Shown one piece after another: positions 38,516 to 46,624 of a DNA stretch of 64,000 nucleotides. This stretch comes from Candidatus Spongiisociaceae bacterium. Its GTDB lineage: Bacteria > Actinomycetota > Acidimicrobiia > Spongiisociales > Spongiisociaceae. The position numbers were made by a program, and so were the translations under genes. The first letter of the stretch is position 1. Each line of letters opens with the position of its first letter. The notes below the pieces were generated by a model. The model was not told where the DNA came from. It did not search any database and was given only the letters and a program-made list of their open reading frames with translations. The stretch is from positions 3,552,001 through 3,616,000 of the forward strand of contig OZ253564.1 in NCBI GenBank assembly GCA_965262915.1. The letters are read 5' to 3'.

Positions 38516-39771
38516 CCCGACAGGGAAGCCATCGACGTACCCAACACGTCAATGAAGCGATCGATCTCGGTATGCTCGATCACCAGCGGGGGCGCGACCC
38601 GGACCGTACCGGCGGAGTTCAGCATCGACCCGACTACGACCCCGCGTCGGGCCATGTCGTCGACGAGCGGCTGGGCGAGGTATGCGGGGTCGACATCGAA
38701 GGCACACCAAAGCCCGATACCTCTTGAACCTACGAGCGTACCCGGATAGCTCCGCTGCACGGATCGGAGACCGTCCCTTAGGTACTCCCCCATCTCGGTG
38801 GCCCTCTTCACCAGGCCATTTTCTTGGATGACATCGAAGGCGGCCACAGCCGCCGCGCACGAGACAGGATTGCCGCCGAAGGTGGTCAGGTGTGACAGCG
38901 GCGGGTCCAGGAAGGTCGAGAAGATGTCCTCCGTGGAGATGAACGCCCCCAATGGCAGACCACCCCCGAAAGCCTTGGCAATCGTGATCACGTCCGGTGT
39001 CACGTCCCAGTTCTGGCAGGAGAACCAGTGCCCGGAGCGGCCCATTGCCCCCTGTACCTCGTCGCAGACCAGAAGGGCGCCGCGGTCGGTGCACAGCTCG
39101 CGGAGCCCCGGCAAGAAGCTATCGGACGGGATCCGCACTCCCCCTTCGCCCTGGATCGGCTCGACGATGACGGCCGCAATGTCGTCATCGATGGCGAGCG
39201 CCGCGGCGTCCAGATCGTCGAACGGGACGAAACGCACCGGCCCGAGGAGCGGCTCGAAGGGCTTGCGCCACTCCTCTTTCCATGTGACAGACAGCGAACC
39301 GAAGGTCCGGCCGTGGAAGGAGCGCTCGAAGGCAACGAAACCGGGACGTCCGGTGTACTTGCGGGCCAACTTCAGGGCGCCTTCAGTGGCCTCGGTTCCG
39401 GTGCTGGTCAGGAAGGCGACGTCCAGGTTGCCGGGGGTGACCGATGCCAGGCGCCGGGCAATCTCCACCTGGGGCGGCAGCGTGAATCGTCCGTACACGT
39501 CGACGTGTGCGAAGCGGTCGAGCTGACTCTTGATCGCTTCAACCACCACCGGGTGGCAGTGCCCGACGTTCGAGACGGCGATTCCCGAGATCATGTCGAG
39601 CAGTATCCGCCCCTCAGCCGTCTTGAGGGAGCATCCGGCCGCGTCCACGATGACCGTCTCTTTGATACCCGGCACCGTCTGACACAGGTGAGCCACGAAG
39701 TCGGTCCGGTAGGCGTCGGCATCCGCGCCGGACATCACCGGCTTTGTATCTAGTAGCTTCGGAGCCGTCAC
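38512..39771 (-). CDS. Class III PLP aminotransferase (acetylornithine/putrescine aminotransferase-like)
   Basis: TGTEATEGALK, SFHGRT, EPIQGEGG, DEVQ, AKAFGGG and TTFGGNP. GTG start overlaps the upstream stop. Confidence 0.92.
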   Translation of the reverse strand: MTAPKLLDTKPVMSGADADAYRTDFVAHLCQTVPGIKETVIVDAAGCSLKTAEGRILLDMISGIAVSNVGHCHPVVVEAIKSQLDRFAHVDVYGRFTLPPQVEIARRLASVTPGNLDVAFLTSTGTEATEGALKLARKYTGRPGFVAFERSFHGRTFGSLSVTWKEEWRKPFEPLLGPVRFVPFDDLDAAALAIDDDIAAVIVEPIQGEGGVRIPSDSFLPGLRELCTDRGALLVCDEVQGAMGRSGHWFSCQNWDVTPDVITIAKAFGGGLPLGAFISTEDIFSTFLDPPLSHLTTFGGNPVSCAAAVAAFDVIQENGLVKRATEMGEYLRDGLRSVQRSYPGTLVGSRGIGLWCAFDVDPAYLAQPLVDDMARRGVVVGSMLNSAGTVRVAPPLVIEHTEIDRFIDVLGTSMASLSG

Positions 39772-40472
39772 GATCCCACCTGCCGTCGCTCGGCGGAGGC
39801 CGATCCATAGGTGCGGAGCATCCACTGCTTGGCGCGGATGAGTTCGGCATCCGAGTCCTCCAACCGCCTCTTCCATATCCGTTGGCGCTTCCCCATCATC
39901 CCTATACCTGCGCTGCGAGCCTGCACCACCACCCGGGCCCGCTCCTCGAGGAACCACAGGCGGGTACCCGCTTCGAGGAGGTCACCTCCCACCGACAGGC
40001 ACCCGTTGGCTTGCAGCAGCACGCTGAAATCGTCGCCGAGTGTGGCCGCGACTTCAGCCGCGGACTCCGGTGTCTTGATGAGTTCTATCTCCGGGTACAC
40101 CCGCACCACCGGGCCTGCCATGCCACCCAGCCCGTGGAGAAGAGGAAGACGCTCCGGAACTATGCCCCACACCACCACGTGGGGCGGATGCCCCCTACAG
40201 ATCGCCTCGACATCAGGACGGGCGTCGTAGATGGCAGCGTGCATGGGTGTTTCCAAGGGAAGTTCATCCACGGGGCCTGCGACCGGATTACCCGACTCGA
40301 CGACTATTACATCGTCCACCGTGGCGTCGAGCATGGGCCTGGTGCTGGTGATGAGAAACCCCGACGGGGTACGCGCCGAGACATGCCCGAAAGCTTCCAC
40401 CAACCCGGCGGCGGCCACCATTCGGGCGGTCGATGCCACGTCCGTACGTCGGACGGCGGATACGGAGCTCAC
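39768..40472 (-). CDS. Class II aldolase/adducin family protein
   Basis: FGHVSAR, ETPMHAAIYDARPDV and GHPPH. GTG start at 40472 (GTGA overlap). Confidence 0.87.
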   Translation of the reverse strand: MSSVSAVRRTDVASTARMVAAAGLVEAFGHVSARTPSGFLITSTRPMLDATVDDVIVVESGNPVAGPVDELPLETPMHAAIYDARPDVEAICRGHPPHVVVWGIVPERLPLLHGLGGMAGPVVRVYPEIELIKTPESAAEVAATLGDDFSVLLQANGCLSVGGDLLEAGTRLWFLEERARVVVQARSAGIGMMGKRQRIWKRRLEDSDAELIRAKQWMLRTYGSASAERRQVGS

Positions 40473-41503
40473 ACAGTCTCCAACCACGCGGTGAGATGGG
40501 TCAAGATCTCGGGCAGTCCCAGCGGGGTGTCGTTGCCGTCCCCGCGGGCGTACACCGCTCGGACCGCGCCCGGAGTTGCCTTGCGACCTTCCGCCCGGAG
40601 CCTTACTGCGAGTCGGGCGCGTGCTTCCTCGAGTTGGTCCTGGCTCGGCATCACGGTCGCCAGACCGGGCGCCTTCTCTAGGACCCCGACCAGTCGGACC
40701 GGTCCTTCGAGCCCACTCCGCGACATCGCAAGACCCTCCGCTCTCCGAAAGGCCGTGTCCGCCATAAAGCTGCGATGCGTCAAACCGGGAGACACCCAGG
40801 CGGCGATGGCGGAGTAAGCAGGCGACAGTCGGGTGAGGGCCCGCCTTATCACGTCTGCGAGATAGTTGTGGGTCTCGGCGTACGCCTGACGTTCCCCAGG
40901 TCCCCACCTCCACCGGCCGTTCCCCAAAGGGACCGCGGTGCAGTCCGCCCGCTCCGGGGAAACCGACGTACCCCTCGCCTCGAAGAGACCCGGATCGTCG
41001 TAGACCGCAGCCGGGCTACGCCGGCCCCGCCAGTAGTAGATGTGGGGGTATGGCACCATGGCCATCGGCTCGGACAGGACGAAACGGTCCAGGTACACGT
41101 CACCCTTCCGCAGAGGCCCGTCGTGCAACAACTCCGGATCCTCCCCCTCCTCCAGGTAGTCGACCAGGGCATCGGGTGCGGTGGATACCCCGTCCGGCTT
41201 CCAACCTGCTGCCAGGAGGGCGCCGTTGATGGCGCGATGCTCGCGGCTCGTGGAGTAAGGCTTCAGCTTGGTGCAGGGAATGAGCAGCGCAACGCGGTGG
41301 GAACCGGCCGGAGTGGAAGGCGGTTCCCACCGGTCCTTGATGTACTCGTGGAATGCGGCCACCTCGGGATGGCTCATCGCATCCACGTTGGCCTGGGGCG
41401 AGTAGAAGCGCAGCGACGGGTCCAGCTCGAACGGCCGGCGGATCTTCCTCGCCGACTCGGACCAGCGTGCGTCTTGGGTTGCTTCCTTCGCGGTGGTGGT
41501 CAT
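40469..41503 (-). CDS. Hypothetical protein with a DUF5591-like (archaeosine synthase ArcS-associated) motif
   Basis: ALLIPCTKLKPYSTSREHR and VLSEPMAMVP resemble the LPCSxxKPYSxSxSH...SP.G.VP pattern of ArcS-type proteins. Has a good RBS (AGGAGG). Confidence 0.6.
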   Translation of the reverse strand: MTTTAKEATQDARWSESARKIRRPFELDPSLRFYSPQANVDAMSHPEVAAFHEYIKDRWEPPSTPAGSHRVALLIPCTKLKPYSTSREHRAINGALLAAGWKPDGVSTAPDALVDYLEEGEDPELLHDGPLRKGDVYLDRFVLSEPMAMVPYPHIYYWRGRRSPAAVYDDPGLFEARGTSVSPERADCTAVPLGNGRWRWGPGERQAYAETHNYLADVIRRALTRLSPAYSAIAAWVSPGLTHRSFMADTAFRRAEGLAMSRSGLEGPVRLVGVLEKAPGLATVMPSQDQLEEARARLAVRLRAEGRKATPGAVRAVYARGDGNDTPLGLPEILTHLTAWLETV

Positions 41504-41521
41504 CCATTCCTCCTGTACTGC

Positions 41522-42124
41522 TCACTCATCCCGCACCCTCATCATCATCGAGGTCGGGTTGAAATCGTTGCATGGTGTGAGATCCTGGGGACAGGCCGAG
41601 AGCAGAACCACCAGGTCCTCGTGAACCAGCAAGGTCATGGTCGCGCCGGCCTCGTGAGCCGCCGGGTCCGTGACCACATCACCGTCGTCGGTCAACCGGT
41701 TGTGCATGAAGACGTTCCAGGCCGTCTCGCCGTGCAACTCGATGTCCTCGCCCAGCAGATCCCGGGCCTGTTCGAGATTCGCCAGGCAGTGGGGATGGTC
41801 GTCGAGGTCATAGTCGCGCTTGAACCGTTCGTGGTCGCAGCAGGGGACGATGATGTCGTGTTTCTCAACGTCATCCCTCACGATCGTGAAAACCGGATTG
41901 CGACGGTTGGAGAACAGTTGGGATCCGGTGACCAACAGGATCGAAGCGTTGCACGACACGGTATGGGTCGGGGACATGTACTCGGAGGGATCGTCTCGGA
42001 ACCAGGCAATCAGATCACCGACCTGATGACCTTCCAGGTCGACGATATCGAGCATCTGACCCTTTTGGACGTAGACGCCTCTGCCCCCCCGGGCCGGGAC
42101 TACTACTTCAACTGCGTGGCTCAT
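41522..42124 (-). CDS. Urea carboxylase-associated family protein (DUF1989)
   Basis: IVDLEGHQVGD, HDIIVPCC, HCLANL, NVFM and SACPQD. Confidence 0.9.
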   Translation of the reverse strand: MSHAVEVVVPARGGRGVYVQKGQMLDIVDLEGHQVGDLIAWFRDDPSEYMSPTHTVSCNASILLVTGSQLFSNRRNPVFTIVRDDVEKHDIIVPCCDHERFKRDYDLDDHPHCLANLEQARDLLGEDIELHGETAWNVFMHNRLTDDGDVVTDPAAHEAGATMTLLVHEDLVVLLSACPQDLTPCNDFNPTSMMMRVRDE

Positions 42125-42136
42125 CTTGTCAAACTC

Positions 42137-42300
42137 CAGTTGTTAGTTGTCAGGTATCAGGTGTTAGCTTTGGTTGGTAGTTGGTAGTTGTTGGTTGCTG
42201 GTCGTCGGATACCGAACTCGACGGACCACCGACCACCGACCACCGACCACCGACCACCGACCACCGACCCCTGGCACCTGGCACCTGGCACCTGGCAAGT
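42137..42300. repeat. Heptamer-periodic inverted element: degenerate T/G-rich arm facing a (GACCACC)6 GACCCCT (GGCACCT)3 arm
   Basis: The 7-bp phase is kept through 42224-42300. The left arm (TCAGGTA TCAGGTG TTAG...TAGTTGG TAGTTG) is an imperfect reverse complement of the right arm. Confidence 0.85.
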
Positions 42301-42303
42301 GGT

Positions 42304-43500
42304 TCATACATGCGCGGAACCCGGGAGTTCGCCCACCTCCGGGGTGACCGTAACCTGGCGGGCCGCGGCAGGCGTGTTGCGGCTCCGCAAGGCCCTGATC
42401 CGGCCGTCGATGAGAACTGCGCTGATACCGGGGATGTCACCGCGGGCCAGCGCGCCAAGAGCGTCTCCCCCATGCGATCCCCAGGGTGCGTCGGCGATGA
42501 CCACATCGGCCGGCCGGCCCACTTCGATCTTCCCGGCATCCAGGTCGTACACGTCCGCCGTAACACCGGAGGCCCAAGCCCAGACCACGGCCGGATCGGC
42601 TCGGGTGAGCGAAGACAACTCGGCCATGGTCTTGATGACCCCCAGCGGCATCACCCCCGTTCCGGTAGGGGTGTCGGAACCGATAATGATCCGGTGGTCG
42701 GCGCCATGCTCCAGGGCTGCGTCAACGATGTGGATGGCACTGCGGATGTTGCCGGCCTGCACGATCTGGAGCACCAGTTCGGTGCCGGTGACGATCTCGA
42801 GCAAACCCTCGTCGTCGAGGGAGGAAGGACCGCCGTTTATGTGGCCGCAGACATCGGGCCGCAGCAACATGAGGTGATCGGTGGTGATGGGCTTGGAACC
42901 AGGAATCGAGGCGCCCCCCGAATGGCACATGACGCGGATCCCGACCTCCTGGGCCGCCCTTACCTCGGGAAGGCCGTCAGCAGGATCCTCGTACAGACCG
43001 AACCCGAACTTGGCGAGGCGTACTCCCTGGTCCGCCATGTACCGGAAGTGTCTCCGCTCCAGGGTCGGTTCGAGCACCACCGCCCCGCCGTGCACCTTCA
43101 TACCGTTGGGCCGGTAGTTACTCCAAGACCGCTGGGCGAATACGGCCAGGGCCACTACGCCTTCGGCGTCGTGGGGACGGCCGGGTGCGTGGATCTCACC
43201 GGGCGAGATCGCCTGCGTAATCCCTCCATGTACATATGAGCTCAGAAAGCCGACCACGTTCTGGCGCGGGGTGAAGTCGCCGATCACAACATGGCAGTGG
43301 GAGTCGATCAGGCCCGGGCCCACCGTGGCGCCGTTGGCATCGATGATCTGATCAGCCTGTTCGGAGCCGTCGGCAGATCCGATCGAAGAGATCAACCCGT
43401 CTTCGATGAATAGTGCTTCGGCCTCACTCACCGGCCGGGCAAGGTCGCCGGTTACCAAGGTGCCTATGTTTATCACCGCAGTGCTGTACGCCTCGGCCAC
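42304..43500 (-). CDS. Enamidase-like amidohydrolase
   Basis: GLIDSHCH, GDFTPRQ, PGRPHD, KVHGGAVVLE, HSGGASIPGS, HINGGP and SRNTPAA match the enamidase (nicotinate fermentation) family as I recall it. Confidence 0.85.
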   Translation of the reverse strand: MAEAYSTAVINIGTLVTGDLARPVSEAEALFIEDGLISSIGSADGSEQADQIIDANGATVGPGLIDSHCHVVIGDFTPRQNVVGFLSSYVHGGITQAISPGEIHAPGRPHDAEGVVALAVFAQRSWSNYRPNGMKVHGGAVVLEPTLERRHFRYMADQGVRLAKFGFGLYEDPADGLPEVRAAQEVGIRVMCHSGGASIPGSKPITTDHLMLLRPDVCGHINGGPSSLDDEGLLEIVTGTELVLQIVQAGNIRSAIHIVDAALEHGADHRIIIGSDTPTGTGVMPLGVIKTMAELSSLTRADPAVVWAWASGVTADVYDLDAGKIEVGRPADVVIADAPWGSHGGDALGALARGDIPGISAVLIDGRIRALRSRNTPAAARQVTVTPEVGELPGSAHV

Positions 43501-43503
43501 TTG

Positions 43504-44085
43504 CTAACGCAATCCGTCCTCACCGACCGCATCGGCAGCCGCCAGCCCGCCCAACCTGGCGTTGGGCCGTCCCCGGTTGGCCACCGCCACTGCGACCACC
43601 ACCTCGTCGGGCCGGGGCGCGTCGCCCGGATAGAGAGTGGCGGCGTCGTAGTGGTCTCGAACGTAGAGGGCATCCTTGTGGGCGAGCGGGATAGTGATCG
43701 GGGAGCCCGCGGCGGCGACGACCGTGGCGGAGGACATCCACGCCACCCCCCCTCCGACTGCCTCCCGGAGGGGGTTGGCCATGGCGGTGGAGAGGAACAT
43801 CACCACATGCTCCTGGGAACCGTTGAGACCGGCGATCCCGCCCTTGCCGTATGACAGGACCGGAGCTCGGAGCGCCTCGACCGCCATGGCCCCGAGCCGG
43901 GCGCCCAGACCGGCTGAGAACTCCACTGCCTCCGACAAGTCCTCGTGGTAGAAACCGGCAAAGGGGTTGTGGATCACCGCGGCGACGATAGCTTTGCGCA
44001 GAGGCGGGTCGGCCTGGATGCCCTCCCGGCTGCGCTCCTCGTCAACCTGAGTGATGAACTTGCGGATCGGGAAGGAGTAACTCAA
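43504..44085 (-). CDS. Amino acid synthesis family protein (DUF1185)
   Basis: AAVIHNPFAG, SYGKGGIAG, PLAHKD, DAPRPDEVV and GRPNARLGG. Confidence 0.88.
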   Translation of the reverse strand: MSYSFPIRKFITQVDEERSREGIQADPPLRKAIVAAVIHNPFAGFYHEDLSEAVEFSAGLGARLGAMAVEALRAPVLSYGKGGIAGLNGSQEHVVMFLSTAMANPLREAVGGGVAWMSSATVVAAAGSPITIPLAHKDALYVRDHYDAATLYPGDAPRPDEVVVAVAVANRGRPNARLGGLAAADAVGEDGLR

Positions 44086-44837
44086 CGGGACACCCTCCTC
44101 GCGGCTGCGGCAGCCGGGGGGTAGGTCCGGTCGAACAGACCTGGTCGCAGACCCCGCAGGTACGTGAGGACATCTTCGAGGTCGGTTACGTCCACGTACT
44201 TCATGTGCAGGTCGAACAGGGCGATCTTGTGGGACACCTCTCCACGGTCGAACACGGCCTCGTGAGGGATGGTCACCCTGAAGTCATATGACAAGGCATC
44301 GACGGCGCTGGCTCGGACGCACCCACTGGTGGTTGTGCCGGTGACAATCAGCGAATCGGCGCCCATCATGTTGAGATGGCTCACCAGGGGTGTACCGAAG
44401 AACGCGGAAGGCTTTCGCTTCTCGATGAGCAGGTCGTCGGGCTCTGGCGCAACCTCGGCCACGATCTCATTGCCCTTGTGTCCCATCACATCGACCTCGT
44501 CTTCGGATCGCGTGCTCTTGAGGGTCCACACCCCGAGGTCGAACCCGTCGGCACGCCGCGGGTTGGTGGTGTAGATCACCGGAAGGCGCTTGCGGCGTGC
44601 CACGTTGAGGATTGCGCGGATAGCCGGAATTCCCCTCTCCCAGGCCTCGGGTCCGCAGGAATAGCGCCACCTGCTGATCGATTCGAGGATCGGTTCGGCC
44701 CGGTCGCCGCAGAAGTTGTAGTTGACGTCGATCACCATGATCGCCGGCCGCTCGCCGTACCCGGCACGCTTGCCCCAGCCGGCCTCCTCGAAGACGGCCC
44801 GGTCAGTGTCGGTGAGTACGTCGTCCCAGATCTCCAT
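44082..44837 (-). CDS. Isochorismatase-family cysteine hydrolase (N-carbamoylsarcosine amidase / maleamate amidohydrolase-like)
   Basis: VIDV, KRKPSAFFGT and GTTTSGCVRASAVDA. True start MEIWDD at 44837. Confidence 0.9.
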   Translation of the reverse strand: MEIWDDVLTDTDRAVFEEAGWGKRAGYGERPAIMVIDVNYNFCGDRAEPILESISRWRYSCGPEAWERGIPAIRAILNVARRKRLPVIYTTNPRRADGFDLGVWTLKSTRSEDEVDVMGHKGNEIVAEVAPEPDDLLIEKRKPSAFFGTPLVSHLNMMGADSLIVTGTTTSGCVRASAVDALSYDFRVTIPHEAVFDRGEVSHKIALFDLHMKYVDVTDLEDVLTYLRGLRPGLFDRTYPPAAAAARRVSR

Positions 44838-44839
44838 GG

Positions 44840-46450
44840 TCAACCCCCCGTGACTCCTCGATACCTGGTCGTCTCGGCGGCGAACCCCGGACGAACGAAC
44901 GCGTCGGCCAACCACCGATCGGTCGGGGCAACACGCACCGGACTGACGGGGTGGATCCCCCGTCTCTCGGGACGAAGCGACCGGGGCAAGTACTCGCCCC
45001 GCGGCTCCCCCACCGGGCGCATACCCGGGGAGTCGTCGGCCCACTCTGCCGACACCTCGCCGCGCAGGATGGTCATGATCGGCCAGCCTGTGAAGGTGTG
45101 ACCCTCCATGATCGACCATCCCGACCGGGTGTTGATGTGCTCCTTGCCCACGGTGACCTCCCGGCCCAGATCGATGATGACGAAGTCTGCATCGAACCCC
45201 GGTAGGAGCGATCCCTTCCGGCCCCACAGGCCAGCGGTCTTGGCCGGGTTCTCGCAACTGACCTGGACGGCTCTCTCCAGGCTGATCCGGCCCTTGTTGA
45301 CCCCTTCGGAAAGCATCACCGGCAGGAATAGCTCTACCCGGGAGAATCCGGTGCGGCAATCCCAGATGACAGGGTTGTACATCTCCTCGTGCGACGAGGG
45401 CTCCCACCCCACCACATGGTCCGATCCCACCACATCGACCGTGCCGTCGGCAAGGGCCACCCACAACGCCTCGATGTTGTCGCGACGGCGGAGCGGGACG
45501 TTGATGCGCCACCCGTACTCGGGCTCAGCCCACAACCAGGGCGGCCCTGTCTGGGCGTAGAGCTCGAGTCCTTCGGCTCGGGCCCTCGCCACCTCCTCGA
45601 AGGACAGCCTGGTGGTGCAGTGCTGCAGGTACAGCGGAACGTTGCCGGGGGTCTGCATGGCGAGATAGGCGTATGAGCGGATGTGCTGCGCCTCGAGGAA
45701 GTCGGGCGACCGATCGGTCCAGGATCCGAAGTCGGTTCTACCCCCTTCGCGGAGACGGTCCTCGAAGATCCGTCCGATCTCCCAGTTCTCAGGATGGATG
45801 TGAACGATTCCCGGGCGCCCGAGATGGGCTACCTCCTCCATGACCAGATAGACCGTTCCATCGTCGATTCCCTCCCCGAGACCGGCCCGGCGTGACGGCC
45901 AGTTGGTGTCCGCGTCGTCCGCCATGCCCTTCATGGAGCGGGTCTGCAGGTAGAGCTTGAAAGAGGTGACCCCGTGCTCCTCCGCGTATTGGGGAATCTC
46001 CCGGGCGTGTTCGTCGGTCTCGAGCATGTACGTCAGGTAGGCGTCGACCTGGCTGTGCTCGTTGATCACATCCCGGCCGGAAGGGAATGACTCGTTGAAG
46101 GAGACCACGTCGGATCTGGAAACCACCTCCTTGAAAGGAACCGTACCCAGCCGGGTGGTGGGCGCCTGGATACCCCAGGTGGTTATGCCGGCGGTTGCCG
46201 CCGCCTTCGATTCGGTCTTCATGTCGTAGTCAAACGGCACGTAGCAGCCCGGATGTGCTTCGGAGTCGACCACACCGGGAAGGATGTAGTTACCGCGAGC
46301 GTTGATCGTCCGGGCGGCGGGCGGTATCAACTCCTCAGGAGCGAGGATCGCCACCTTGCCGTCCTTGACCCCCACCGCTACGCGGTACCGCCCTTCCCCC
46401 AATACAACCGTTCCGTTGACTACCGCGAGATCGAGGGGTTCTCCTGCCAT
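44840..46450 (-). CDS. Cyclic amidohydrolase (dihydroorotase/allantoinase/hydantoinase-like)
   Basis: PGVVDSEAH, AGITT, SFKLY, HPEN, NVPLR, GSDH and ENPAK. Start at ATG 46450. Confidence 0.85.
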   Translation of the reverse strand: MAGEPLDLAVVNGTVVLGEGRYRVAVGVKDGKVAILAPEELIPPAARTINARGNYILPGVVDSEAHPGCYVPFDYDMKTESKAAATAGITTWGIQAPTTRLGTVPFKEVVSRSDVVSFNESFPSGRDVINEHSQVDAYLTYMLETDEHAREIPQYAEEHGVTSFKLYLQTRSMKGMADDADTNWPSRRAGLGEGIDDGTVYLVMEEVAHLGRPGIVHIHPENWEIGRIFEDRLREGGRTDFGSWTDRSPDFLEAQHIRSYAYLAMQTPGNVPLYLQHCTTRLSFEEVARARAEGLELYAQTGPPWLWAEPEYGWRINVPLRRRDNIEALWVALADGTVDVVGSDHVVGWEPSSHEEMYNPVIWDCRTGFSRVELFLPVMLSEGVNKGRISLERAVQVSCENPAKTAGLWGRKGSLLPGFDADFVIIDLGREVTVGKEHINTRSGWSIMEGHTFTGWPIMTILRGEVSAEWADDSPGMRPVGEPRGEYLPRSLRPERRGIHPVSPVRVAPTDRWLADAFVRPGFAAETTRYRGVTGG

Positions 46451-46624
46451 GTCTCCCAAACTCCGTCCCTGTGTCTTGTCAGCAACAGAAACAGTAGCCC
46501 ATAGCGACACCGTCACCTAAGCAAGAAGCCGCCGTGATCGAGAACGGATATTCCCTCATCGGCAATCGTCCCGGACCCCACCTCGCCAGCGGGATCGAGT
46601 TATCCGACGCTGATAGTGCCATTA

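Noticed and set aside
40775-42187. 470-aa plus-strand ORF
   Set aside because: Antisense shadow of the DUF5591-like and DUF1989 genes.
44838-45512. Long N-terminal extensions in the ORF track (also 39772-39957, 40473-40913, 49099-49422, 61266-61718)
   Set aside because: They overlap neighbouring real genes; shorter starts with RBS or stop-start coupling fit the domain boundaries.
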